64,000 bases of DNA from Clostridiales bacterium (GTDB lineage: Bacteria > Bacillota > Clostridia > Oscillospirales > CAG-272), in contig DUUJ01000040.1 in NCBI GenBank assembly GCA_012841635.1, forward strand, positions 8,942-72,941. Reading direction: 5' to 3'. Of this stretch, positions 9,420 to 19,300 are shown piece by piece. Under the pieces are notes generated by a model. That model worked only from the letters and a program-made list of their open reading frames with translations, was not told the origin of the DNA and did not search any database. The number at the start of each line of letters is the position of its first letter. The stretch's first letter is position 1. A program made the position numbers and the translations under genes.

Positions 9420-11783
9420 TCAGTTTACCTGCTTCCACTCGTAGACATAATTTGTACCCATAGATACTCCCATGTAGAATTTGGTGCGCAGCGCGATTCG
9501 GCTCCCCTCGCTGCCGGATCCGATTGTTGCCGTAAGCGTTTCGCTGTAAGAAGTCGGATTGCCGTTGACATCAAGGACAAAGTGATATTTGTTGTCTTCA
9601 TTAACAAACACCTTTGCCCCCCTTGTAACCGCACCGGGACCTAAATCCCACTCATCAAAATCCGCGCTTGCGGCACTGGAAAACGCAAGTTTAACCACAT
9701 CATTTTGCGTTGTGTTAAATGATAAATTCAATGAAACCGGTTCATCCGGGTAAATAATCTGCGGCATGCCGGAAAATACGGCTTGTACGCCCAATGTTCC
9801 TTTAAGTCCCTGGCCGTATGGATCATCTCCTTCATATGTCACGCTTGCGCTGTAAGAACCGCTTGAATATCCATGTCTTACAATATATGCCGGGTGCGCG
9901 TCCGAGGCTGCCCAATCCTCGGCATTCTCAAAGTCCAAAGTTTCGACCAGTACCCAGGCATAGGTCGGATCGTATTTATACGGCTCTTTGATATATCCCA
10001 TATCGCGCATATATTGCCAAAATCCGCTGTAATCTTTCTTTTCGCCCCAATATATCCATTGATCTATGGCTTTTACCAGTTCCTCATCCGAAATTGTTGC
10101 CGCAACATCTTTGTCCATAACCCCGAGTACTGTCGATTTCAGCTTATAAAGGCGAGCCAGGCGATCTCCTATGTTGAAATTACTCAGATTCTTTTCGATT
10201 CCGAAATAATCACGGTAATTGGAAGCTCCCAGCAAGTTCTGCTTTTTCAGTTCCGCAATAAAGAGTTCTTCTTTCCACTGTATGTTTGATATTTCGTAAT
10301 CGGATATTTTTCGTTCATCAAAATGACGTTTCAGATAGGTCATTGCGTTTGAAACGATACGATCTCTTTCCGACTGAGACAGATCGCTTTCTCTTTTGCC
10401 GTATTTTTCGCAATACCTTTTAACAACATTGATTTTCATCATGCGTTCGCCGCCGCCGAGAGTGGTGAATATGGCATCAAAATCACCTTCAAGTCCGTTG
10501 TCATATCCATATTTCCCCGCGGCATTGCCTATATAGACCTGATACGCTTTCTCGATCTCGTTTTGTGTCCACAAATTTATGCCGGTTTCCATGCTTTCCT
10601 TTACGAAAGTCAAAGCCGTATCGGCTAATGCGATTATAGGATCGGCGCCTCTGATCATGCTTGCAATCCCCTGCAGCGCTCCCTCGGTATCTCCTTCGTA
10701 AAGAGCCCCGGCAGCAGTGCTTAATCCTCCCGTTACATTTGCAAGAGACGCGAATTTGCCCGGATCTTTTTCCATAACCCTATAGAGGGCTCTGCCGGTA
10801 AATTCGATAAGCTGACCGCGAAAATCCTCCATCCCGGCTTGTCCCTGGCTGACTGCATTGGCCATGTTTGCAAGAGTGGAGATGGGGGACATATCGCCTG
10901 TATCCAGTTTTTCGCTTTCCAGATAGTTGATAACATCCAGCGCAAGCTGTGTTCTGAGTGAGCTGTTATTGACACCCATAGAGACAAACAGATCTTCATA
11001 CTGGCGCTGAAGAGAATCAGTCATATTTTTGGTTTGCTTTTGGCTTTCCCATTGAAGTGATGCGAAATTCTTTGCAAAGGTTCTTATCTGCTGGTCCTCA
11101 GACGGCCTGCCGAAGCCAAAAAAGCTGAAATGATAGATCTCGGCAGCAGCGGTGCCTTTTTTCAGATCCACATTGTCGGGGAAGAAATATTCCCAATTGC
11201 CGTCATAATATACGCCGAAGAACAACTCTTCTGCCGCAATGTCCTTTTGCAATTCTTCCGGGATCCGCAGTGTTATCTGAACAGCTCCGCCCAATCTCAC
11301 ATTCTCATTGTTTTCCATTGTAATTTCAACGGGCGTTCCGTATAATTCAAAATCCGAACTTTTGTATGCCTCGCTTTCGGATTCTGACAACACCCGCATA
11401 TACAGCCTGCCGTCTTCCAATGTGTTTGCCGGAATATCAAGCTGCCAGCCGGTTTTTTTCAGGTTTCCGACTTTATAACCGCGATCGGTTTTTATCGTCT
11501 GTTCCACAGCGGCGCCGTCATGATACGGGTCTTTCCCCCCGAACAACAGACGCAATAAAAACAGATTGCCGACAATCGATACCAATACAATGGCAGCCAC
11601 GGCAATTATGATCTTCATAGCCGGTTTATTCTTTTTTAAAGCAGCGGTCCTTGTATTGTTCGCAGCTCGCGGGGGTGAAGACGGTGCCTGACCGGAAGGC
11701 ACGGACGCTTTCGTGCCGCATACGGAGCAGAACTTAGCCTCCAGGTTCAGTCTGGCGCCGCATTTTTTGCAATGTTTATACAT
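9420..11783 (-). CDS. Large single-pass membrane protein with N-terminal zinc ribbon; extracytoplasmic domain of unknown function
   Basis: AGGAG RBS then ATG at 11783 (MYKHCKKCGARLNLEAKFCSVCG is a CxxC...CxxC zinc ribbon). TM helix IIIAVAAIVLVSIVGNLFLL. About 690 aa with no motif I recognise. Lower GC than the flanks. Confidence 0.7.
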   Translation of the reverse strand: MYKHCKKCGARLNLEAKFCSVCGTKASVPSGQAPSSPPRAANNTRTAALKKNKPAMKIIIAVAAIVLVSIVGNLFLLRLLFGGKDPYHDGAAVEQTIKTDRGYKVGNLKKTGWQLDIPANTLEDGRLYMRVLSESESEAYKSSDFELYGTPVEITMENNENVRLGGAVQITLRIPEELQKDIAAEELFFGVYYDGNWEYFFPDNVDLKKGTAAAEIYHFSFFGFGRPSEDQQIRTFAKNFASLQWESQKQTKNMTDSLQRQYEDLFVSMGVNNSSLRTQLALDVINYLESEKLDTGDMSPISTLANMANAVSQGQAGMEDFRGQLIEFTGRALYRVMEKDPGKFASLANVTGGLSTAAGALYEGDTEGALQGIASMIRGADPIIALADTALTFVKESMETGINLWTQNEIEKAYQVYIGNAAGKYGYDNGLEGDFDAIFTTLGGGERMMKINVVKRYCEKYGKRESDLSQSERDRIVSNAMTYLKRHFDERKISDYEISNIQWKEELFIAELKKQNLLGASNYRDYFGIEKNLSNFNIGDRLARLYKLKSTVLGVMDKDVAATISDEELVKAIDQWIYWGEKKDYSGFWQYMRDMGYIKEPYKYDPTYAWVLVETLDFENAEDWAASDAHPAYIVRHGYSSGSYSASVTYEGDDPYGQGLKGTLGVQAVFSGMPQIIYPDEPVSLNLSFNTTQNDVVKLAFSSAASADFDEWDLGPGAVTRGAKVFVNEDNKYHFVLDVNGNPTSYSETLTATIGSGSEGSRIALRTKFYMGVSMGTNYVYEWKQVN

Positions 11784-12291
11784 AATAAGTCTCCTCTTTG
11801 ATAAATCTGTAAATAAGTTAAAACCGCAACAAGGCATTCAAGTAATCTTGTTTATCAGGGCGGCGCATAAGCCGTTAAATCAGCTTATATCACATATCAA
11901 CCCGCGAGCAAAAAACGGACAATTTGTCAAGAACGACAAAACCGGAAAACAAGATTCTGCAAAGCAAAACAATGTCCGGAGTCCTTGACGAGGCAGACTT
12001 TTTTGATGGTTCGGCCGGTCATACAACATTATTTAATATCATCGAAGATATAGGAAGAGTTCAACACCTCCTTTTGCTTTCTTATAACTATAACCGATAT
12101 TTCCGCAGATTATGACTTTTCAGCCGCTTCGGAGCTTATAATTATTATATCACATTAACAATATAATGTAAATATCTCATATAAATTTCATATCTGCATA
12201 ATTTACAAATATCGGTTGAAATTTTGCCGCATATGAGTACAATAATTATATACGCTTAAAAAACACACTTCCTGCGTTTTTGGTAGATAGT

Positions 12292-13155
12292 ATGAAAAAA
12301 AGAAATATATTTTTCCGTCTTGCCGTCCTGCTGCTTGCTCTGCCGCTTGTTTTTGCCCTTTTCTCCTGCGGCGGATCGAAAGAGGACGCCGAGACTTCGA
12401 CTTCTTCGACTGTCGCTCTGCCGGATGAGGACAGCAAATCGAAGATATCCGACGGGACTTTCAATTATTCCCTTTACAAAACTTTTGCCGAAGTGTCCGA
12501 GTATATCGGGAACGACACCGTCGTTATCATCCCGCCCTCGGTCGAAGGGCTTCCGCTGATGTCGATCGGCAAGAGCGCTTTTGAATACAACACGACGATA
12601 ACCACCGTAATAATGCCGGAATCGCTTACCAACATCGGCAATTACAGCTTCCGCGGCTGCACGAATCTCACTTCGGTAAACTTTCCCGACGGACTTGTCG
12701 CCGTCGGCAACTACGCCTTTGTTTCGACCGGGCTTACCGACCTTATCTTTCCCGATTCGCTCACCGTTTTGGGCAAATACTGTTTTGCCGAAACAAAGAT
12801 AACGAAGCTGACGATGCCGAGATATATAGCCAAGACCAACGACTACATGTTCTGCGGCTGCCCGAATCTCGTCGAGTTTGACCTGCCCGAGTGCATGACT
12901 AAGATCGCGAACCGGATGTTCTACAACTGCGACGCGCTGACGGTTGTCACCATTCCTGATTTTGTCACCGAGATCGACGACTACGCTTTTTCCGGCTGCG
13001 ATTCGCTGACCGACATTTACATCCCGGCGACGGTGACCACATTGGGAGAAGGGGTTTTCATCGGCTCCGACAATCTCACCATACACACCCCCGCGGGCAG
13101 CGCCGCCGAAATTTACGCCTCTCATTACAAGATAAGCTGCGACAACAACATCTGA
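12292..13155 (+). CDS. BspA-type leucine-rich-repeat lipoprotein
   Basis: Lipobox LFALFSC|GG. Repeated ~23-aa units (IGNYSFRGCTNLTSVNFPDGL, VGNYAFVSTGLTDLIFPDSL, IANRMFYNCDALTVVTIPDFV, IDDYAFSGCDSLTDIYIPATV). Confidence 0.8.
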   Translation: MKKRNIFFRLAVLLLALPLVFALFSCGGSKEDAETSTSSTVALPDEDSKSKISDGTFNYSLYKTFAEVSEYIGNDTVVIIPPSVEGLPLMSIGKSAFEYNTTITTVIMPESLTNIGNYSFRGCTNLTSVNFPDGLVAVGNYAFVSTGLTDLIFPDSLTVLGKYCFAETKITKLTMPRYIAKTNDYMFCGCPNLVEFDLPECMTKIANRMFYNCDALTVVTIPDFVTEIDDYAFSGCDSLTDIYIPATVTTLGEGVFIGSDNLTIHTPAGSAAEIYASHYKISCDNNI

Positions 13156-13166
13156 AACCAATCCTC

Positions 13167-13194
13167 GCCCCGGCGATCCCGGGGTTGTTTTTTT
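13167..13194 (+). terminator. Rho-independent terminator after the LRR gene
   Basis: CCCCGG (13168-13173), 5-nt loop, CCGGGG (13179-13184), then TTGTTTTTTT running into the gatC ATG. Confidence 0.7.
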
Positions 13195-13195
13195 A

Positions 13196-13486
13196 ATGCA
13201 AATGGACATAAAGAAAATCGCGCGCAGCCTGCGCATACGCCTGAGCGATGCCGAAATCGCCGAATTTGAAAAAGACTTCGCCCGGCTTGATGAACTATCC
13301 GGGATTTTTGCCGATCTTCCTTCGTATATCTCGAATATACCGGAAAATCCCGACTCCTTCAGCGGCGCCGCTCTCCGGCCGGATGAACCGAATGACGGAC
13401 AGACCATGGGCAGAGACGAGCTTCTGGCTAACGCTCCGAAGCTGAGTAAAGATAAGACTATGGCCGCCGTGCCGAGGACAGTGTGA
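13196..13486 (+). CDS. gatC: Asp/Glu-tRNA amidotransferase subunit C
   Basis: 96 aa. IRLSDAEIAEFEKDFARL and the C-terminal LRPDEP...ELLANAP pattern are typical of GatC. Lies immediately upstream of gatA. The start could also be the second ATG at 13202. Confidence 0.8.
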   Translation: MQMDIKKIARSLRIRLSDAEIAEFEKDFARLDELSGIFADLPSYISNIPENPDSFSGAALRPDEPNDGQTMGRDELLANAPKLSKDKTMAAVPRTV

Positions 13487-13487
13487 A

Positions 13488-14831
13488 ATGGATATCACGA
13501 GAATGACGGCGGCGGCGCTTTCAAAAGAGCTTGCATCCGGAAGGCTCAGCTCTGTCGAGCTTGTTTCGGCTGAGCTGCAAAGAATAGCCGACAAAAACGG
13601 AGAGACAAACGCCTTTATAACCGTCTGCGCCGACGAGTCGCTTAAAGCCGCGGGAGAAGCGGACAGACGCCGCGCCGACGGCCGGGTTCTTTCCTATCTT
13701 GACGGAATCCCGATCGCCGTAAGTGATAACATAATGACTAAAGGCGTAAAAACCACCTGCGCGTCAAAGATGCTGCAGGATTTCATCCCGCCGTATGACG
13801 CGGCTGCTGTCGAGAAGCTTAAATCGGCGGGGCTTGTTATAATCGGAAAGACGAACCTTGACGAATTCGCGATGGGAAGTTCGTCCGAAGCTGCGGCAGC
13901 GGCTGCTGATTTTATGACGCCGCTGGCTTTGGGCTCCGACACCGGCGGCTCTTTGCGGCAGTCTGCCGGTTTATGCGGAGTTTACGGCTTTCGCCCGACT
14001 TACGGCGCGGTTAGCCGGTACGGTCTTGCCGCCGCTGCTTCCTCGATGGACACCGTCGGCGTCATGGCGCGGTCGGTAAGAGACATCCGTCTGCTGTGCG
14101 ATATAATTTACGGCGGAGACATCCGGGATGCATCTTCAATAAACATTAAGCTGACGGAAGGCGGAAAGCCGGATTTTTCATCAATGAGCTTTGCTCTGCC
14201 GGATGAACTTTTTGCGAACGCCGGGAAGAATGCAATTTCTGCCGCGGAAGAAACGGCGGCGAAGCTGGCGGCGCTTGGAATGACGAGAAAAACTTTGTGT
14301 CTGTCTTCTTTGAAATACGCGCCTGCCGCATATATAATAATCTCCTGCGCCGAAGCGGCGTCGAATCTCGCCCGCTTCGACGGGGTGGGTTACGGCTATC
14401 GTTCCGAAGAATATGACGGTATAAACGAGCTTTTCGAAAACACCCGCGGGGAGGGCTTCGGGCAGGAAGTCAAACAGCGGATTTTGCTCGGAGGCTGCGC
14501 GCTTTCGGCGGATTTCAAGGAGAAGTGGTTTTTTAAGGCGAATGCTGCCCGGGCGCTTATAAAAGCCGAGCTTGACGAGGCTTTGTCCGACATAGATATT
14601 ATCGTATCTCCGACTTCGGCGAATCCCGCGGGGAATAAAACTTCCGGGAATATCTTCGACACGGATATAGCGCTGATTCCGGCGCCGCTTGCCGGACTTC
14701 CCGCCCTTTCGATTCCGGCGGGGCTGTGCGGCGGGATTCCGACGGGCATTCAACTGACTTCCGCCAGGCGCCGCGACGGACTTGTTCTCAATATCGCCGA
14801 GCGGCTTTTCGAAACGGAGGCGGGAAGATGA
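13488..14831 (+). CDS. gatA: GatA-like amidotransferase subunit A with a degenerate amidase-signature active site
   Basis: GatA blocks are present (TTCASKML, GKTNLDEFAMGSS, GSDTGGSLRQ, SNLARFDGVGYGYR, GEGFGQEVKQRI). The catalytic Lys position reads Ser (AVSDNI) and the GGSSGGS block is missing. 447 aa versus the usual ~485. Confidence 0.8.
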   Translation: MDITRMTAAALSKELASGRLSSVELVSAELQRIADKNGETNAFITVCADESLKAAGEADRRRADGRVLSYLDGIPIAVSDNIMTKGVKTTCASKMLQDFIPPYDAAAVEKLKSAGLVIIGKTNLDEFAMGSSSEAAAAAADFMTPLALGSDTGGSLRQSAGLCGVYGFRPTYGAVSRYGLAAAASSMDTVGVMARSVRDIRLLCDIIYGGDIRDASSINIKLTEGGKPDFSSMSFALPDELFANAGKNAISAAEETAAKLAALGMTRKTLCLSSLKYAPAAYIIISCAEAASNLARFDGVGYGYRSEEYDGINELFENTRGEGFGQEVKQRILLGGCALSADFKEKWFFKANAARALIKAELDEALSDIDIIVSPTSANPAGNKTSGNIFDTDIALIPAPLAGLPALSIPAGLCGGIPTGIQLTSARRRDGLVLNIAERLFETEAGR

Positions 14832-16237
14832 AAAACGGATATGTTCCGGTTATCGGGCTTGAGACCCACGTTGAGCTGTCGACAAAAACCAAGATATTCT
14901 GCTCCTGCGAAAACCGGTTCGGAGCCGAGCCGAACACTCTTTGCTGTCCCGTTTGCATGGGGATGCCGGGGACGCTGCCGGAACTTAATGAAAAGGCGGT
15001 CGAATACGCCGTCCGCGCCGGGCTTGCTCTCGGCTGCAAAGTCGCAAACGTAAGCGGCTTTGACCGCAAAAACTACTTTTACCCCGACCTGCCGAAAGGA
15101 TATCAGATAACCCAGCATTTTACTCCGATATGCTCGGAAGGCAGCCTTGAAACGCCCGACGGAGCCGTCCGAATCGCGCGTCTTCATCTTGAGGAGGACG
15201 CGGGAAAGCTGTTTCACGACCGAGAAGATGCGACGCTTATCGACTTCAACCGCTGCGGCGCGCCGCTTATCGAGATAGTCACATACCCGGATATCAAATC
15301 TCCCTCGCAGGCGGCGGATTATATTTCGGCGCTTCGCGGGGTCATGCTTTTCTGCCGCGTCTCCGATGTCAAAATGAACGAAGGATCGCTCAGGATCGAC
15401 GCGAATATATCCCTTCACCGCCACGGCGAACCGCTCGGCACGAAAGTCGAGATAAAGAACATTAATTCGGTTAAATACATGGAAAAGGCGCTTGAATACG
15501 AGATTTGGCGCCAGACCGAATTGCTGGAAAGCGGCGGCGTTGTCGTAACCGAGACCCGGCGCTTTGATGAAAAGACCGGCGCAACCGAGCCGATGCGGAC
15601 AAAGGAAAGCGCGGAAGATTACGGTTATTTTCCCGATCCGGACCTTGCCGCGGTTATCTTGAGCGATGAATACATCGGGCGGCTGCGGGCTTCGCTGCCA
15701 CGGATGCCGGAAGAGCTGAAAGCCGGGTTTATATCGGATTTCATGCTTTCGGATGAGGCTGCGTCAAGGCTTGTCGATTCTCCGGATACGGCGGAACTGT
15801 TTTTAAAATCGGCTGCCGGACTTGACCTTGCCGCCGCCGGGCTTGCGGCGAATCTTATAAATTCCTACCCCGCAGAGGCGGTTTTCGTCCGTCCGGAAAG
15901 ACTCAGCCGGCTCGCCGAAATGCTCGGTTCCGAAGAAATCACTTTTTCCGTCGCAAAGGCTCTGCTTTCGGAACTTGCCGCTTCCGATTTCGATCCCGCC
16001 GAAGCGGCGAAGGAGCGGAGTCTTACCGCGATACGCGGAGAGGAGCTGAAAGAGCTTGCAAAAGAAGCCGTCAAAGGCAGCCCGAAGGCTGTCAAGGCTT
16101 ATCTCGGCGGAAAAAAGACCGCCGTCATGGCGGTAGTCGGCGCCGTTATGAAAGCGAGCGGCGGGCGCGCCGACGCTGAAAAAGCCCGCGAGCTGATTAT
16201 CGGAATAATCGAAAAAATCGGAGAAACCGAGGGTTAA
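14828..16237 (+). CDS. gatB: Asp/Glu-tRNA amidotransferase subunit B
   Basis: ATGA overlap with the gatA stop. VIGLETHVEL, FDRKNYFYPDLPKGYQITQ, LHLEEDAGK, MNEGSLRIDANISL, ETRRFDE, YFPDPDL, and a C-terminal YqeY-like tail. The track's 14726 start is an upstream extension inside gatA. Confidence 0.92.
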   Translation: MKNGYVPVIGLETHVELSTKTKIFCSCENRFGAEPNTLCCPVCMGMPGTLPELNEKAVEYAVRAGLALGCKVANVSGFDRKNYFYPDLPKGYQITQHFTPICSEGSLETPDGAVRIARLHLEEDAGKLFHDREDATLIDFNRCGAPLIEIVTYPDIKSPSQAADYISALRGVMLFCRVSDVKMNEGSLRIDANISLHRHGEPLGTKVEIKNINSVKYMEKALEYEIWRQTELLESGGVVVTETRRFDEKTGATEPMRTKESAEDYGYFPDPDLAAVILSDEYIGRLRASLPRMPEELKAGFISDFMLSDEAASRLVDSPDTAELFLKSAAGLDLAAAGLAANLINSYPAEAVFVRPERLSRLAEMLGSEEITFSVAKALLSELAASDFDPAEAAKERSLTAIRGEELKELAKEAVKGSPKAVKAYLGGKKTAVMAVVGAVMKASGGRADAEKARELIIGIIEKIGETEG

Positions 16238-16262
16238 GGCGCTTATTGTTTCCAAAATAACA

Positions 16263-16291
16263 TTGAAAATTCCCGGCAATTGCCGTATAAT
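16263..16291 (+). promoter_or_regulatory. Sigma-A-type promoter for the GHL10-amidase gene
   Basis: TTGAAA (16263-16268), 17-nt spacer, TATAAT (16286-16291). Confidence 0.65.
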
Positions 16292-16322
16292 ATATATAAT
16301 CGACATTTTGCCAAACAAAAAA

Positions 16323-19300
16323 ATGCAATATTATAATATGTCAGAAAACAAGATTTTAAGAAGCAGCGGCGAAGGTTCCGGACGGCGCCGGGCGCGTCGG
16401 ACTCCCGCAAAAACCGAACCCGCGGCTCAGCCGAATATAACCGCTTCAAAACGGACAGGAAAGATCCGCCCGAAAACCTGGATAATAATGGCGGCAGTTA
16501 CACTCGTCATAGGAGGTGCGCTGATCTTGGCACTCGCTCTCAGGATGCCGGGGCTTGAAAGCCGCGGCGACGGACTTAATTCCGGTGTCACCCGACCTCT
16601 GCCGAGCCGTTTCTCGGAGATGCGGGGGATATGGATCGCGACGGTCGCCAATATCGATTATCCCGAAAAACCTACCACCGACAAGAGAGCGCTGCAGAAT
16701 CAGCTGGATGATATCATCGAAAACGTGATAAGTTCCGGCGCGAATACCGTATTGTTTCAGGTACGGCCGTCTTCCGACGCTCTTTATCAATCGAAACTCT
16801 TCCCTGTTTCGGAATTTCTTACCGGAGAGCAGGGGGGCGACCTTCCCGGCGGTTTTGATCCTTACGGCTATCTTGTCGAAGAAGGGCATCGGCAGGGGCT
16901 TCGCGTCTACGCATGGATAAACCCTTACAGGATCACCACAGGTACCGCCGAATCGCCGAAAACCGACGTAAACGCCCTTGATAAATCAAATCCCGCCCGG
17001 ATTCATCCCGAGTGGACGATTGCCTACGCCGACGGCCGGCTTTATTACGATCCGGGTCTTCCCGAAGTGCGGGAGCTTATCGTCTCCGGCGTCAGGGAGC
17101 TGGTCGAGAACTACGAGACCGACGGTGTGATTTTTGACGACTATTTCTATCCATATCCGGTAAAAAACGCCGATTTTGACGACGACGCGACATATATAAA
17201 ATACGGCGGCATCACCCGCCTTGAAGACTGGCGCCGCGAAAACGTGAATATCCTCGTCCGTGACTGCTACGCCGCGATAAAAGAAATCAATCCCGCCTGT
17301 GAATTCGGCATCGCTCCGTTCGGCATCTGGCAGAACGACAACGGATCGAACGGCGGTTCGAAAACTTCCGGATTTGACAGCTACAGCCTGATATACAGCG
17401 ATCCCGTCGCTTGGATCAAAGGCGGATACCTTGATTTCATCGCGCCGCAGATATACTGGCAATTTACCACCTCCGTCGCGCGGTTCGACGTGCTGGTGAG
17501 ATGGTGGAATGCGGTGATGTCGGGGCATGAGTCGGTCAAGCTCTACATCACCCACGCCGCTTACCGCGCTCCCGAATGGGATACCGGAGAAATCCCGCAG
17601 CAGGTGGAATTCGCCCGCTCCGAGCGCAGCTACTGCGGCAGCATTATGTACGGCTACGGGGCTATTAAAAACAACGACAACGGCGTAAAAGACAAGCTTT
17701 TGTCCGTCTGGAACGAAGAAATAATATACGACCGGATAGGTGTCGAAAACGGCGTCAAGCTGACGGTAACATCACCGTATGACGGATCGGATATCGGGGC
17801 GAACGGCAGTTATCTTATCGGGCAATGCGACCCTGTTTTGCCGCTTTATCTCAACGACAGCCCTGTTTCCCTTACCAAAAGCGGGTTTTTCTCGGTATTC
17901 TGCGAACTTAAGTCGGGGGCTAACGAGTTTCTGTTTACTCACGGCGACGAAAGACTGAAATACACCCTTTACAACGGCAAGCCCTCCAAAGGAGCGGATG
18001 CTGCAACGCCTGCATCGCCGCAATACCGGACGCTCGACAGCTTTGTTATAACCAATGTTTCGCCGTCTTCCGGCTGTATCATAAAAAGCGGCTCGACGCT
18101 CGATATCAGCTGCACCGCTCCGGCGGGAGCGACGGTCAAAGCCGAGCTGGGCGCGAAATTTATAACTCTCGAACCGCTCTCCCCGCTTCCCGAAGACGCC
18201 AAAACCGAATCCGGATTCCTCTGTCAGACCTACAAGGGGCAGTTTAAGGCGCCGAATCTTGCCGGTTCCGGGGAGCTTGCCGAGCTCGGCCGGCTGAGGA
18301 TCATCGCAGAATCGGGAGATAATTTTGCGGAAGCAGACGGAGGAAGAATCAGGCTTTCTCCGAAAAACGGGTTCAGCCTCGCGGTCAGGGTCAAAGCCGA
18401 CGATACCGAGATAAAGGTAGCGCCCGACAGCTGGTATTACGACGACTACACCTCTTCCGCCGCCGGGATGGAAGACAACGTGATCGCGATGAAAGACGGC
18501 TGGTATCAGCTTCGGATGAAGGGTTATGTCCGGGAAAGCGATGTCGAAGAGATCGAAGGCACGGTTCCGAACTCGGTTATAAAAGAAGCCGCGCTCTACC
18601 GCTCGGGCGAAGATGTCGTCGCGGCTTTCACGGTCGACAGAAACGTTCCTTTCAACGGATATGTCGACGACAGCGGGCGTTTTGTGATGACGCTTTACAA
18701 TGTCAGCACCCGGGATCCCGCCGGGCTTGAAATCATCGACAACCCTCTGTTCAAGACGGTCGGACAGGAAGACGGCGCCCGCGAAAACGTATATAAATAT
18801 TACCTTGCCCTCAAAGACAAAGATAATTTTTACGGCTTCACCCCGAGCTACGAAGACGGAAAGCTGCTTATCACCTTCCGCGGTCCGCGGAAAATCGACG
18901 CAGGATCGGCGGCGCCGCTTTCCGGACTGAAAATCGTCGTCGACGCGGGACACGGCGGGAGCGAACACGGCGCGAGGTCTCCGATATACGGCTATTACGA
19001 GAAAGACATGAACCTCGAAATCGCGAAAGCCGCGGTGAGAAGGCTGGAGCAGCTCGGCGCCGAAGTCGTGATGACGCGGACGGACGACAGTCTCATCCGC
19101 CTTGCCGACCGCTGCCGGGATTTGCTTTCGATAAAACCGGACCTGCTTATATCGATACATCAGAATTCGATGCCGCATTCTACCGATATAACGATGATTC
19201 GCGGCGTTGTCGCGCTGTATTTCGCCGACTCCGGACTTCCGCTGGCAAAAACCGTCTCGGCAAAGCTTTCCGAATCGCTGAACCGCCTTGAGCGTGCGAC

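Noticed and set aside
11924-12115. Small ORFs in the AT-rich intergenic region (63 aa on the plus strand, with a 47-aa version from the ATG at 11972) and short peptides after the minus-strand AAAGGAGG.
   Set aside because: No RBS precedes the plus-strand ORF. The minus-strand RBS is followed only by a TTG 2 nt away (11 codons) or a distant ATG (7 codons). There is no supporting signal.
14726-14827. N-terminal extensions offered by the ORF track: gatB from 14726, GH-like gene from 7750, zinc-ribbon gene from 11837, tilS from 28242, isomerase from 32055, the 21322 ORF, the 16263 ORF, the 4098 ORF and the 12280 ORF.
   Set aside because: Internal starts have proper RBS spacing, match the paralogue or family N-termini, or are needed to avoid overlapping an upstream gene or lying inside a mapped promoter.
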